DNA from: an uncultured Gammaproteobacteria bacterium
GTDB taxonomy: Bacteria; Patescibacteriota; Patescibacteriia; Patescibacteriales; GWC2-42-12
DNA: 64,000 nt
Direction: 5' to 3'
Assembly (NCBI GenBank): GCA_964560005.1
Contig: CAZLKB010000001.1
Span: 157,216 to 221,215, forward strand
Position numbers and translations under genes: made by a program. Positions 63,305-64,000 of this stretch are shown here, in pieces. Below the pieces are notes generated by a model. The model was not told the DNA's origin and ran no database searches. It was given only the letters and a program-made list of their open reading frames with translations. How positions within the stretch are numbered: position 1 is the stretch's first letter; the number at the start of each line of letters is the position of its first letter.

Positions 63305-64000
63305 TTAGAACTCGGCTTTTATTTTAAGGTTTCTACAGATTTTTATGAGCAATTTACGGGCCCTGGCCGGTTCGGGTCTGACTTTAAGCAGAAAGAAAGT
63401 GGCTGTGCGCAGGGCTGTCCAATTATAATAGTTATTAATCCTTTTTTTCGTAGAGCCATCAATTTTAATTTTAGAGTGAAGTTGGTAGTTTTTTATGAAT
63501 ATTTTTTTGATTTTTTCAATGTAAGCCTGATCTTTGATTTTTTCCGAACCCATAAAATCAAGCTGCTGTAAAAACGAGCCCAGGTCTCGGGTAAAATCGG
63601 CTAAGCACATATCGGTGTAGTCAATGATGGCAATTTTGTTTTCGTTTATTTTTATGACATTTTTCGCGTGGGCGTCGCCATGGATTAAAAATAATTTTTT
63701 TTGTCGGCTATAATATTCCGACTCTTTTTTATTGATTATTTCATAAATTTTTTTGTACGATTGATAGTAAGTCGGATAGGCGCGTTCGATTTTTTTCAGA
63801 ATTTTTTTTAAACCCGGAATGGTGGTTCTAATTCGGCTGTTGGCCGGGTTGAAATTTTTAAATCCGCCCGTCGGCAAACCATGAAGTTTGGCGAACCAGG
63901 CCGCGGTTTTGGCCACCACTTTTTCAATAACTTCGTAATTCTTTTTGCACAGGTAGTAATAGAGGGTTTGGCCTTGGACGCCGCGGTAAAAATAGCCGTT
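63305..64000 (-). CDS. APH/choline-kinase-fold phosphotransferase (5' end beyond the window)
   Basis: Brenner-type LIHGDAHAKNVI and IDYTD motifs; the frame stays open upstream to position 64000. Confidence 0.65.
   Translation of the reverse strand, partial: NGYFYRGVQGQTLYYYLCKKNYEVIEKVVAKTAAWFAKLHGLPTGGFKNFNPANSRIRTTIPGLKKILKKIERAYPTYYQSYKKIYEIINKKESEYYSRQKKLFLIHGDAHAKNVIKINENKIAIIDYTDMCLADFTRDLGSFLQQLDFMGSEKIKDQAYIEKIKKIFIKNYQLHSKIKIDGSTKKRINNYYNWTALRTATFFLLKVRPEPARARKLLIKICRNLKIKAEF

Overview
Low-GC, gene-dense bacterial chromosome segment. Gene content suggests a Patescibacteria/CPR-type genome (inference only; no searches were run). All family calls come from motif recognition in the ORF translations, and hand-mapped coordinates may be off by a few nt. 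The window holds the classical origin neighbourhood (dnaN<-dnaA | rpmH->rnpA->yidD->yidC). It also holds housekeeping genes (rplS, tsaE, lspA, PBP1A, trxA/trxB, rnhB, ychF, rpsF-ssb-rpsR, efp, recA, comM-like, smc, glgA) and six tRNAs (Leu-GAG, Val-TAC, Cys-GCA, Arg-CCT, Ala-GGC, Asp-GTC). No rRNA, CRISPR array, transposase or integrase was seen. Main observations: (1) Eleven VirB2/TrbC-like pilin paralogues, nine of them in one tandem minus-strand array (9.8-14.3 kb). The array lies directly downstream of a methyltransferase, a Dpm1-like GT2 and a GT-C enzyme with STT3/AglB-like motifs, which may form a pilin glycosylation locus. No secretion ATPase is present. (2) A family of GC-rich palindromic modules is scattered through AT-rich spacers and also sits in-frame inside ychF, dnaN and a methyltransferase gene, and supplies the C-terminus of one pilin, resembling Rickettsia palindromic elements. 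(3) Three tRNAs (Leu, Cys, Asp) are each followed by a duplicated 3' fragment interrupted by such a GC-rich insert. tRNA-Asp is followed by serial att-like repeats and a compositionally foreign, integrase-less island (about 35.8-43.8 kb) that ends in a lone GC-rich purH. (4) A family of ~150-nt foldback elements has a conserved apical core, covarying inner stems and locus-specific perfect outer stems. Many other long intergenic palindromes also occur. (5) Two perfect DnaA boxes and a GTCCAC-hairpin family lie 15 kb from dnaA.
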